Shown here piece by piece: positions 41,274 through 50,396 of a DNA stretch of 64,000 bases (the first letter of the stretch is position 1; the number at the start of each line of letters is the position of its first letter). The notes beneath the pieces were generated by a model. It was not told where the DNA came from. It did no database searches and was given only the letters and a program-made list of their open reading frames with translations. The translations under genes were made by a program, and so were the position numbers. The stretch comes from Bacteroidota bacterium (lineage in GTDB: Bacteria > Bacteroidota > Bacteroidia > JABDFU01). Where the stretch lies: NCBI GenBank assembly GCA_013286385.1, contig JABDFU010000009.1, forward strand, positions 1,053 through 65,052. Reading direction: 5' to 3'.

Positions 41274-42176
41274 GTGAAAACACTTGATAAATGCCCTGTT
41301 TGTGCTGAGTCTTCTTTTGACCCATTTTTGACCTGTAAAGACTATACCTCGAGCGGTAAGGTTTTCGACATTGTGAAATGCCAGTCTTGCGGATTTACTT
41401 TCACTAACCCCCGTCCGGAAGTCAAAGACCTTTGGCAGTACTACAAGTCTGAAGAATATATTTCGCATACTGATTCGAATAAGGGCAGTTTAAATCGGCT
41501 ATACCAGTTAGTCAGAAAATACACCCTTCTAAAGAAGTTGCAATTAGTGGTTAAGCTTATTGGCCGGCCAGGTCTAAAACACCCATTAACCCTGCTTGAT
41601 ATCGGATGTGGAACAGGTGCATTTTTAGCCGTATGCAAGAATGCCGGGTTTTCGTGCACCGGCATTGAGCCTGATCCCGATGCCAGGAATTTAGCCATTA
41701 AGAATTCATGGAGCAATGTAATGGACGAAACTGAATTGGGTAACTTACAACCTGGCTCCTTCAACCTGATTAGTCTTTGGCATGTACTCGAACATGTCCC
41801 CGATTTGAATCAGCGAATAGAGCAAGTAAAAGAGCTTCTGATGCCCACCGGTAGGGTGATTATAGCTGTTCCAAATCGTAATTCGTATGATGCAAAATTG
41901 TATCAGGAATTTTGGGCAGCTTATGATTTGCCCAGACATTTATATCATTTTACTCCGGATACTATTCGTGCTATCTTCGAAAAGCACAAAATGGTAGTAG
42001 ACCAGATATTACCTATGCGCTTCGATTCTTTCTATGTTTCTTTATTAAGTGAGAAATACAGAACAGGAAAACTAAATTACATTAAGGCTATTTACACGGG
42101 TATAAAATCGAATATTTCAGCCATTCGATCCGGCAATGAATTTTCAAGCCAAATATACATCCTGAAAAAAATCTGA
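41274..42176 (+). CDS. Class I SAM-dependent methyltransferase with an N-terminal Cys4 zinc ribbon
   Basis: 300 aa, GTG start. CPVC...CQSC ribbon, SAM motif I LLDIGCGTGAF, then LWHVLEHV. Confidence 0.8.
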   Translation: MKTLDKCPVCAESSFDPFLTCKDYTSSGKVFDIVKCQSCGFTFTNPRPEVKDLWQYYKSEEYISHTDSNKGSLNRLYQLVRKYTLLKKLQLVVKLIGRPGLKHPLTLLDIGCGTGAFLAVCKNAGFSCTGIEPDPDARNLAIKNSWSNVMDETELGNLQPGSFNLISLWHVLEHVPDLNQRIEQVKELLMPTGRVIIAVPNRNSYDAKLYQEFWAAYDLPRHLYHFTPDTIRAIFEKHKMVVDQILPMRFDSFYVSLLSEKYRTGKLNYIKAIYTGIKSNISAIRSGNEFSSQIYILKKI

Positions 42177-42220
42177 ATCACCAACCTCTTCTATCCGATC
42201 AGCTTGCTGAGGAACCCTCG

Positions 42221-42239
42221 ATAGTTTCACGTGGAACAT
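42221..42239 (+). repeat. Copy 2 of the exact 19-bp direct repeat ATAGTTTCACGTGGAACAT
   Basis: Read directly. It lies 45 nt downstream of the methyltransferase stop and about 245 nt upstream of the UspA start. Confidence 0.9.
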
Positions 42240-42483
42240 TAAATAATGAGAAATCAGTCCTACCGGATCCGAAACTGTAATGCCATATTTCATTTTTTCA
42301 ATATATAAATAACAATTTGATAATCAGATATTTACATATAAAATTTGAATTTTCCGCTAACTATCCAATTCGATGGACGAAAATTCATTTTTAAACGTCC
42401 AATGTTAAAAATTAATTAAATTTTCACACATATCTCATAAATATTGATTTATTTTACGCCCAAATAGTCTCTTAAATTCATTT

Positions 42484-43314
42484 ATGTCCGCAAAGGAAAA
42501 CAGTATTCTAGTACCAACTGACTTCCAGGAGCAGAGCCTGATTGCATTAAGTCAGAGCTATAATTTGGCGAGGTTTACGCATTCAAAGATTTTTTTGATG
42601 CATGTTTACGATAAACCCGAAAACAAAAAAGAAGCCGAAGAAAAACTGAATAAACTTGCAAGAGAGACGCAGGAAAAAACAAAGATAGAAGTAGAGACCA
42701 TTCTTGCTCAGGGAAATCCTTTTGTTGAAATAAACAAGGCTATCGAACGGATGGAGCCCATTCTTGTTTTTATCGGATTGAATTCAAAGATGACTTCAAA
42801 GGGCATAATCGGACAAAACGCTTTTCGAATGGTACGCGAAGTTGAAGCGCCGGTAATTACCATAAGAGGAAAGGCGCACCGGGATGGTTGTAAAACAATT
42901 TTACTACCTCTCGATCTCACCAAAGAAACCCGTGAAAAGGTTGGTAAGGCAATTGAGTTTGCCAAATATTTTGGGGCCAAGGTTCAGGTATTGTCGATCT
43001 TAGACAAAGGCCAGGAAGTGTATGAAAACAAATTGCTTTCGTATTCAAATCAGGTAAAACGCTATATACAGGAAAAGGGCGTTCCTTGTGGAAACAAAAC
43101 AATCAGAGGCAAGAATATTGCCGAAATGGTGGTGAATTACGCGAAAGAAATAGATGCTGATTTGATCATGATTATGACCAAAGCAGAAATAAATTTTAAG
43201 GAATTTTTTATCGGCACTACAGCTCAGCAGGTCATCAATCTTTCTACCGTTCCGGTTTTGAGTATTCGACCCATGGCCCGGAAAGATACCACTTCGTTTA
43301 CAAGCCCTTTTTAG
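42484..43314 (+). CDS. Universal stress protein (tandem UspA domains)
   Basis: 276 aa with two Usp-like halves (ILVPTDFQEQS..., ILLPLDLTKET...) and C-terminal G..A..V......PVL motifs. Confidence 0.85.
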   Translation: MSAKENSILVPTDFQEQSLIALSQSYNLARFTHSKIFLMHVYDKPENKKEAEEKLNKLARETQEKTKIEVETILAQGNPFVEINKAIERMEPILVFIGLNSKMTSKGIIGQNAFRMVREVEAPVITIRGKAHRDGCKTILLPLDLTKETREKVGKAIEFAKYFGAKVQVLSILDKGQEVYENKLLSYSNQVKRYIQEKGVPCGNKTIRGKNIAEMVVNYAKEIDADLIMIMTKAEINFKEFFIGTTAQQVINLSTVPVLSIRPMARKDTTSFTSPF

Positions 43315-44941
43315 AATCGTACAGGTATTTGGCATCCATGTAGATCATAGAATCTACGGGCATTTTTCTCTCCATAGCTTTTTTCCTTACCAGTTCCCTC
43401 CAGTCGTGCGTATTTACAATGTCATTTTCGAGCTTACGTATTCCTTCTATCGTTGAAGGGATATAGAAGAATGTTCTTTTGTAAAGTTTAAATTTCGGAT
43501 TGCTCCAGATCAGGTCAAGTTCCGAGCTTCTGCTTTTAACAAAATACTTTAAGGAATCATCTGAAATTTCATCATTGACCAGAATGTATTCAATCTGATT
43601 TTTTGTAAAGCTGTTCTGAATTTCTGAAAGATTCTGAAGGGGGCGGTGGCTCATGGCCCTGCGTCCCGTATAAAGCGAAAGAGCCCTTGGTTTTATGAAG
43701 TTGAATCGCGAGGAATCGGGCGTATGTTCAATAATGTAATTGAAAGCTTCAACACTTTCTTTTTCCTGAGGTCCGTTTAACTCTTTATTCCGGTTTAACA
43801 CCGCTTCACTTAAGCCATTTGAATAGGAAAAGAAAATCAGAGCAAAAAGCAGGAACGGTAAACAGGCCGGTTTTAGTACCGGCCCCAACGGGATATGGAT
43901 ACAATAGAGTCCCGTAATGGCATAGTACAGCAGGAAGGGGGCTACCGGCAGAATAAACCTGAATCCGGCATTTGAAATCGGGTATACTGCCACAACTGAA
44001 AAATAAAGCAATACCGTAAGTTCAATGAAACCAAATCTTTCGGCTATTCTTTTTATAAACCCCAGAACAGTAAAAGTAAAAACCAGACTACCGCAAATAA
44101 TTGAAACAAAGCCCCATTGATTATTCGAGGGTTCGAAAAAAGCTCTGAATACAGCCATGTTATAATGAATATTTTCCAGGACATAATGCTTTTGCTGAGC
44201 TCCCGGATACGTAAAATGATAGGAAAAAAGACCCTTATCAACTGTAGGAAACAGCCAGTTGTTAATTGTCAGGTAAATGAGGAAACTTAAAACGAAAATC
44301 AGAAATGTAAGTACCAATTGTTTAACAGGCAGAAGTTTTCGAACTGTTTTTATTCCGGCATCCATGAGGATTGCGACTAAAAAAGCAAACCCGGCATTTC
44401 TTACGCAAACGAGTATTCCCGAAAGCAGAGCCAGGGATAAAAAATACAGGACTCCTTTTTTCTCCGATCGCTCATAAATCAAAAAACAGGAAATCAGCAA
44501 TACTGCGAACGGAAGGTCTGACATGATTTCCATTTTAAAATTCAGCGTCCAGGGATTATAAACAAAGAGCAGAACGGCAAGGATAGAAATTAAAGAGGAA
44601 AAGTAACGGTTCAGAAAAGCAAAGAGTAAAAGCGCCAGTGCCAGCAGGTACAGGCTCATGTACAGGTCAAAATGAACAAAGCTCAGACCCCAGGTACTGT
44701 AAACAGGGGCCAGTAACATTGGAAATCCAGAAGGGTAGGCGGGAGGCCCCAATATAAACTCCGGATTATAAATATAACCCGATTGCAGCTGGGGTGTGCC
44801 CTGGCAGATGTTTTTCGTCTGATGAAGGTATTGGGCAAAATCATCCCCCCAATCGTGCGAATGCTTGATATTGATGAAAAGCAGCGGCAAACAAAGCAAA
44901 AATACAAGGGTGTAATTTATTCCTTTTCTGTTCATGTACAA
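43298..44941 (-). CDS. Polytopic membrane protein, GT-C-fold (GT39/ArnT-like) glycosyltransferase candidate
   Basis: 547 aa with about 11 hydrophobic segments, an acidic first-loop motif (HDWGDDFAQY) and a soluble C-terminal domain. The family call is tentative. Confidence 0.45.
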   Translation of the reverse strand: MYMNRKGINYTLVFLLCLPLLFINIKHSHDWGDDFAQYLHQTKNICQGTPQLQSGYIYNPEFILGPPAYPSGFPMLLAPVYSTWGLSFVHFDLYMSLYLLALALLLFAFLNRYFSSLISILAVLLFVYNPWTLNFKMEIMSDLPFAVLLISCFLIYERSEKKGVLYFLSLALLSGILVCVRNAGFAFLVAILMDAGIKTVRKLLPVKQLVLTFLIFVLSFLIYLTINNWLFPTVDKGLFSYHFTYPGAQQKHYVLENIHYNMAVFRAFFEPSNNQWGFVSIICGSLVFTFTVLGFIKRIAERFGFIELTVLLYFSVVAVYPISNAGFRFILPVAPFLLYYAITGLYCIHIPLGPVLKPACLPFLLFALIFFSYSNGLSEAVLNRNKELNGPQEKESVEAFNYIIEHTPDSSRFNFIKPRALSLYTGRRAMSHRPLQNLSEIQNSFTKNQIEYILVNDEISDDSLKYFVKSRSSELDLIWSNPKFKLYKRTFFYIPSTIEGIRKLENDIVNTHDWRELVRKKAMERKMPVDSMIYMDAKYLYDSKKGL

Positions 44942-44995
44942 TGCAATAAATCAGACGTTTTTAAGTTCAGGAATAGGTAAAAAAAAGCTATACTT

Positions 44996-47386
44996 GTGCA
45001 TATGATGAAGGAATTTACAATCAAAAGACTTCTGCTCATTCTCGTATTTTCTTTTGCGAATTTATACATAAACGCTCAGGTAACCGCAATAGGTCAGTGG
45101 AGATCTCACTTTGCATATATGCAGGGGGTTGCTTTGACCCAGGGGAATGGTCTCATCTATTGTGCAAGTCAGGGCGGAACATTTTCCTACAATCCTTCTG
45201 ATAATTCATTTTCCCTTCTTTCCACCATCAATGGGTTTTCTGATGTTCAGGTAAATGCAATGAATTTCGACCCGGTAACCAACACCTTGTTACTGGCTTA
45301 TGTGGATGCCAACATCGACATTGTGCAGGGTTCGGCCATCTATAATCTTCCCGATATCATGAACGCCAGTGTGGCAGGTAACAAAGTAATCAACAATGTC
45401 TATTTTATTTCTCCATTGGCTTATATCGCTACCGGGTTTGGGATAGTGGTAGTGGATATGCTTAAACATCAGACCAACGATACCTATTACATTGGTCCGC
45501 TTGGGGCTGCACTGAATGTAAGGGATATAAATTCTGACGGCACCTACCTTTATGCCGCTACGGATATGGGCGTATTCAGGGCGCCCCTTAACAGTCCCAA
45601 TCTCGACGATTATTCGAGTTGGATCCTTCAAAATCCCGGAGATGTTTCTGATTCCATTCCAAGTGGTTCAGGGCAGGTATTCAATTCATTGGCCTGGTAC
45701 AATTCGAAGATGTATGCAAACAACGCAAAGCACATTAATTCCCCGGCCACCGATCAGGTTTGGGAGTATTCTGCGGGAGCCTGGACTGCTTCCCCTGCCA
45801 TAAAAGGAGACAATTTCAGCCGGCTGAGAGTTTGTGGCAACAACCTGGTTGGAGTCGGTCAAAATTCACTTGATGTGTACGTCAGTGTAACGAAAGACTC
45901 TCTTCTGGGTACCTATTTTTCCCAGTATGGATTTGCCTCGGCTACATTGGCAGACGGGATTTTAAATAAAGACGGATCAGCATGGCTGGCTGATCAGTAT
46001 TGGGGATTTCTGAAGGCCTTTCCGGACAATACGGCAGAAGTATTGGTTCCCAATGGTCCACGTACCAAAAATGTATTTAACATGGCTTATTCAAAGAATG
46101 TTATCTGGTCGGTTCCGGGCGGAGTGGGAATGCCTCAATGGAAAATTCCTACCTACAATATCGACGGAATATCGGTTTTTGCAAATAACTCCTGGACTAC
46201 GATTTTTGGTCAGCAGCCCGGAGGGAATATGGATACTATGCCAGATCTGGTTTGTCTTGCCGTTGATCCCCTAAACCCGAATCATGCCTTTGCCAGTTCA
46301 TTGTTGCATGGTGTTCTTGAGTTTAACAACGGAAGTATGGTCAAAATATACAATCCCACAAACAGTTCGCTTCTGAGTCTGCAGGGCATACCCGGTTATT
46401 GGGATGTAAATACCGCAGGGCTTGCATACGATACACTTGGCAACTTGTTTGTGGCCAATTTTCTTACAACCAATTTGCTTTCTGTTCGAAAACCCAATGG
46501 TTCCTGGCAGGGTCTTGATTTTTCATTTTGTACCAATTACAATTCAGTTGGTCCCCTGATGTGCACCAGCATCAATCAGACCTGGGCTATTTTTCCGGAT
46601 GACGACGAAATTATGGTCTACAATAACAATGGACAATTTGGTCCTCCGAATACCTCCAACACCAAAGTTCTGACAACCTCAGTAGGCAATGGAAACCTCA
46701 CGGGTAACTATCAGATATGCATGGCAGAAGATCAGAACGGCGCTATCTGGATTGGCACTGACAACGGCATTGTGGTCATATACAATCCTTCGAATATTTT
46801 TAATGGCGGTAGTTATGACGCCCAGCCGGTTTACGTGCAGCAAAACGGATATACCCAACTTCTTTTTCAGGCTGAAGAAGTTACCGCTATCGCAGTTGAC
46901 GGCGCCAACCGCAAATGGTGCGGAACGGCCACAGCAGGGGTCTTTCTTATGTCGGCTGACGGCACCCAGCAGATTCTGCACTTTACAACCGCCAACAGCC
47001 CCCTTATTTCAAATGACATACTTTCCATAAGCATAAACGGCTCCACCGGAGAAGTTTTTTTTGGAACAGCCAATGGAATTATTTCCTACAAAGGAACTGC
47101 TACGGAAGGCACCGCATCATTTGGTTCCGTATATACTTACCCCAATCCGGTGAATCACGATTACACAGGCCCGATAGCTATTAAGAATCTGGCTACAGAT
47201 GCCGATGTCCGTATCACCGATATAACCGGAACGCTTATTTTCAAAACCATCGCCCTGGGTGGTCAGGCCATCTGGAACGGAACCAATTTTTCAGGAGAGC
47301 GTGCGCATAGCGGAGTATACCTGGTCTTCTGCACCAGTGCAGACGGTACCTCTACCTGTGTTACCAAGATTCTTTTCATCAATTGA
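44996..47386 (+). CDS. porZ: PorZ-like double beta-propeller protein with a T9SS C-terminal domain
   Basis: 796 aa with a signal peptide. The N-terminal pattern QWRSHFAY...INGFSDVQVNAMNFDP...LLLAYVDANIDIV is typical of PorZ-type propeller proteins. C-terminal YTYPNPVNHDY...GVYLVFCTS... is CTD-like. The start could be the ATG at 45002 or 45005. Confidence 0.55.
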   Translation: MHMMKEFTIKRLLLILVFSFANLYINAQVTAIGQWRSHFAYMQGVALTQGNGLIYCASQGGTFSYNPSDNSFSLLSTINGFSDVQVNAMNFDPVTNTLLLAYVDANIDIVQGSAIYNLPDIMNASVAGNKVINNVYFISPLAYIATGFGIVVVDMLKHQTNDTYYIGPLGAALNVRDINSDGTYLYAATDMGVFRAPLNSPNLDDYSSWILQNPGDVSDSIPSGSGQVFNSLAWYNSKMYANNAKHINSPATDQVWEYSAGAWTASPAIKGDNFSRLRVCGNNLVGVGQNSLDVYVSVTKDSLLGTYFSQYGFASATLADGILNKDGSAWLADQYWGFLKAFPDNTAEVLVPNGPRTKNVFNMAYSKNVIWSVPGGVGMPQWKIPTYNIDGISVFANNSWTTIFGQQPGGNMDTMPDLVCLAVDPLNPNHAFASSLLHGVLEFNNGSMVKIYNPTNSSLLSLQGIPGYWDVNTAGLAYDTLGNLFVANFLTTNLLSVRKPNGSWQGLDFSFCTNYNSVGPLMCTSINQTWAIFPDDDEIMVYNNNGQFGPPNTSNTKVLTTSVGNGNLTGNYQICMAEDQNGAIWIGTDNGIVVIYNPSNIFNGGSYDAQPVYVQQNGYTQLLFQAEEVTAIAVDGANRKWCGTATAGVFLMSADGTQQILHFTTANSPLISNDILSISINGSTGEVFFGTANGIISYKGTATEGTASFGSVYTYPNPVNHDYTGPIAIKNLATDADVRITDITGTLIFKTIALGGQAIWNGTNFSGERAHSGVYLVFCTSADGTSTCVTKILFIN

Positions 47387-47421
47387 AATGCAAACTGTAA
47401 GCAACGCATAAAACGTATCAA

Positions 47422-49626
47422 ATGGCCAAAACACTACTCACGTTCTTTATACTGATTATTTTTTGTTCTCCGGTTTTCCCTCAGGATTCTGCTGTTTCCC
47501 CCCGGGATCTGAGAAAACTGAATTTTGATCTGGTAAAAAAGGCAGTGGATATACGGAAACAGCATCAGTCGGCCGACGTATTTGTTAAAGGCGATGCAGC
47601 AGCAGTTGAATCGGAGGTTTTGCGTCTGGGAGGACATCTGAAATACGCTGCCGGAGACATTTCATTCGTCTCCATCCCTGTAAGATCCCTTTCTTTGCTT
47701 GCCCTTAAGCCTTTTGTAAAGCGACTGGAAGCCAGAATTCCACGAATTATTCTCACCAGTGACAGTATGCGTATAAAGTCCGATGTCAATCCGGTTTTTC
47801 TTGGGCAGTCACCATTAACACAGGGATATGCCGGAGATGATGTTGTTGTGGGAATCATCGATACAGGAATTGATTATACCAATTCAGATTTCAAGGACAG
47901 TGTCACCGGGGCGACACGCGTAAAATTTATATGGAATCAGACCAGCCCCAGGTCTTCCAATACGCCCGTTAAATATGGTTATGGGCAGGAGTGGGACAGC
48001 GTCGGAATCAATTCAGGAATTGCAAACGGCATTGCGTCAGATGACCCCACCGGTGGAAACCATGGAACAAGCACAAGTGGTATTGCTGCCGGAAACGGTT
48101 CTCATTCTCCCGGACATAAATACAGAGGTGTTGCGCCGGCAGCCAATCTGGTTGTGGTTGCGCTCAATTTCGACACAGCCTATGCCGGGGTCATCACAGA
48201 TGCGGTAGATTACATTTATGGAAAGGCACAGCTGTTGGGGGAACCCTGTGTAATCAATCTGAGCCTGGGGGAATTGTATGGCTCGCATGACGGGCTCGAC
48301 CTTCAGGCTCAGCTGATGAACAACATGATTAGTGCGCAAAACGGCAGAGCAATAGTTGCATCGGCCGGAAATTACGGGGGAGAATATTATCATTTGGGAT
48401 ATTCGCTTTCAGCTTCGGATACCGGTTTTACCTGGTTCAACTATGCTGCTGCAGGGTCCGACAGTATCCTGGAAGTCTGGGCAGATACCATCAACTTTAA
48501 AAATGCGTTGTTTTCAATTGGAGCAGATAACATCACAACTGGTTTTTCCTTTCGTGGAAATACAGCTTTCCTTTCGGTGGCGGATAATATTGGGAAGTTG
48601 CGTACCGATACACTTTACAATGCTCTTGGAAACAGGATTGCCCTTGTGGAATCCAATACGAGTATTCAGGCGGCCACCTACGATATTCTCTTTAAAGTTA
48701 TTCCCGATTCAGCGATTGCTGATTACAATTGGAGACTATCCCTGACAGGTCAGGGCAAATTTGACCTTTGGAGTACAGAAATGATCAGTTCCGGAATACC
48801 CTCAACTCTTCATTTTCCTCCCATTGCCCGCTACGTCCTTCCCGACACTCAGCAAACACTTTTAAGCAGTTTTCAATGCCTGGACAACGTTATAGTAGTT
48901 GGAAACTATGACAATAAGAAAACCTATATTGATATTCTGGGTCAGCGCCAGGAACCTTTTCCGGATATTCTTCCAGGCAGAATTGAACGCAACTCGAGCA
49001 TGGGGCCAACCCGGGACGGACGTCTCAAGCCGGATATAGCTGCTCCGGGATCAATGACCATGGCAACAGCTGATCTAAATTATGTTGCCTTTTGGGATAC
49101 GCTCAATCCGACTTTCGTAGAACAATCGGGCTATATCCGTGCCGGTGGCACATCGGCTTCCAGTCCGGTAGTAGCTGGAATTTCAGCACTTTATCTTCAG
49201 AAAAACCCGGAAGCAAGCGCAGCTCAGGTCAGGCTGGCCATCATCGCATGTCCGGTTACGGATTCTTTTACCGGTTCAGTTCCCAATTTGATTTGGGGAA
49301 GGGGTAAAGTTGATGCATTTGCAGCCTTGACAGAATGTACTGCAGGAATAAATAGCCTTGCAGCTTCAATAGTCCGGTTTGGGATTTATCCGAATCCCTT
49401 CAGAGATGAAGCCCGTATTGTGTACGACTTTACGCAGGCACCCGCTTATGGTTCTGCCGAATTTATCCTATGTGATATCCTGGGTAGGGTGGTGCGGACA
49501 ATTCCTCTGAAAGATAAGGCTGCTCAACTCAGTTTGCAAAGAGGAACGCTTGAGAGCGGATGTTACACCTGCCGTTTACTCATGGATGGAAAAACAGTTC
49601 AGACCAACAAGCTGCTACTATTCTGA
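47422..49626 (+). CDS. S8-family (subtilisin-like) serine peptidase with a type A T9SS sorting domain
   Basis: Catalytic triad contexts VGIIDTGID, GNHGTSTSGIAAG and GGTSASSPVVAG. C-terminal IYPNPFRDEARIVY... is the CTD. Confidence 0.9.
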   Translation: MAKTLLTFFILIIFCSPVFPQDSAVSPRDLRKLNFDLVKKAVDIRKQHQSADVFVKGDAAAVESEVLRLGGHLKYAAGDISFVSIPVRSLSLLALKPFVKRLEARIPRIILTSDSMRIKSDVNPVFLGQSPLTQGYAGDDVVVGIIDTGIDYTNSDFKDSVTGATRVKFIWNQTSPRSSNTPVKYGYGQEWDSVGINSGIANGIASDDPTGGNHGTSTSGIAAGNGSHSPGHKYRGVAPAANLVVVALNFDTAYAGVITDAVDYIYGKAQLLGEPCVINLSLGELYGSHDGLDLQAQLMNNMISAQNGRAIVASAGNYGGEYYHLGYSLSASDTGFTWFNYAAAGSDSILEVWADTINFKNALFSIGADNITTGFSFRGNTAFLSVADNIGKLRTDTLYNALGNRIALVESNTSIQAATYDILFKVIPDSAIADYNWRLSLTGQGKFDLWSTEMISSGIPSTLHFPPIARYVLPDTQQTLLSSFQCLDNVIVVGNYDNKKTYIDILGQRQEPFPDILPGRIERNSSMGPTRDGRLKPDIAAPGSMTMATADLNYVAFWDTLNPTFVEQSGYIRAGGTSASSPVVAGISALYLQKNPEASAAQVRLAIIACPVTDSFTGSVPNLIWGRGKVDAFAALTECTAGINSLAASIVRFGIYPNPFRDEARIVYDFTQAPAYGSAEFILCDILGRVVRTIPLKDKAAQLSLQRGTLESGCYTCRLLMDGKTVQTNKLLLF

Positions 49627-49661
49627 AATGCCGACAGACTACCAGGAAGACCCGGACAGCC

Positions 49662-50396
49662 ATGCTTCATAAACTCAGAGGCCTTGTTTTACGAACGACT
49701 CCCTACAGCGACAACAGCCTTATTGTTAACCTGTATACAGATTTGTATGGTTTGCAATCCTATATGGCAAGAGGGATTCACAGCAAAACCTCCAAAGTAA
49801 AAGCCGGCTACTTCGGAAACCTGATGGTGCTTGATTTTATTGCCAGCAAAACAGAAAAACACCGCCTTGAACGGATTCAGGAAATAACAAGTGCGAGAAG
49901 TTTCACCGTTGAATTCGATCCCGTAAAAAACGCGATCTTCTTTTTTTTGAATGAATTGCTTTGCAAGACCATTCATGGAGAGGAAGCCAATGTGGGGCTT
50001 TTCGAATTTCTGTTGTACAGCCTCGAATTTCTTCAACTTAAAGAGAACGGATTTTCAAATTTCCATCTTGTCTTCATGCTAAAATACAGTCAGTACCTTG
50101 GATGCTCTCCTGGAGTTGCATCTCCTGGCGAGGCATTTCCGGAAGATCCTTATTATTTTGATTTGGCCGAAGGACGGTTCGTCCAGGTTCAGCCCAGGCA
50201 TCCGCACTACCTGGATCAGAACCTGAGTCATTCTATGCATGAATTGCTGCAATTACGCTATGAAAACTGCGGTCAGATTGATCTTAAAAATCAGCAGCGG
50301 AAACTTTTGTTAAGAGCACTTCTGGATTATTACCGCCTGCACAGTGCGCTTACCGCAGAACTGAGTTCACATGCCATCCTTGAGCAGATCGGATAG
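49662..50396 (+). CDS. recO: DNA repair protein RecO
   Basis: MLHKLRGLVLRTTPYSDNSLIVNLYT... is a typical RecO N-terminus. The 34-codon upstream extension in the track overlaps the S8 gene and is unlikely. Confidence 0.85.
   Translation: MLHKLRGLVLRTTPYSDNSLIVNLYTDLYGLQSYMARGIHSKTSKVKAGYFGNLMVLDFIASKTEKHRLERIQEITSARSFTVEFDPVKNAIFFFLNELLCKTIHGEEANVGLFEFLLYSLEFLQLKENGFSNFHLVFMLKYSQYLGCSPGVASPGEAFPEDPYYFDLAEGRFVQVQPRHPHYLDQNLSHSMHELLQLRYENCGQIDLKNQQRKLLLRALLDYYRLHSALTAELSSHAILEQIG

Noticed and set aside
40869-42239. Integron-cassette interpretation of the repeat-flanked methyltransferase (repeat as attC)
   Set aside because: The repeat does not fit the attC core sites (RYYYAAC / GTTRRRY), it is far shorter than an attC, and there is no intI nearby.
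49560-49661. 34-codon N-terminal extension of recO
   Set aside because: It overlaps the 3' end of the S8 peptidase gene. The RecO homology starts at MLHKLRGLVL (49662).
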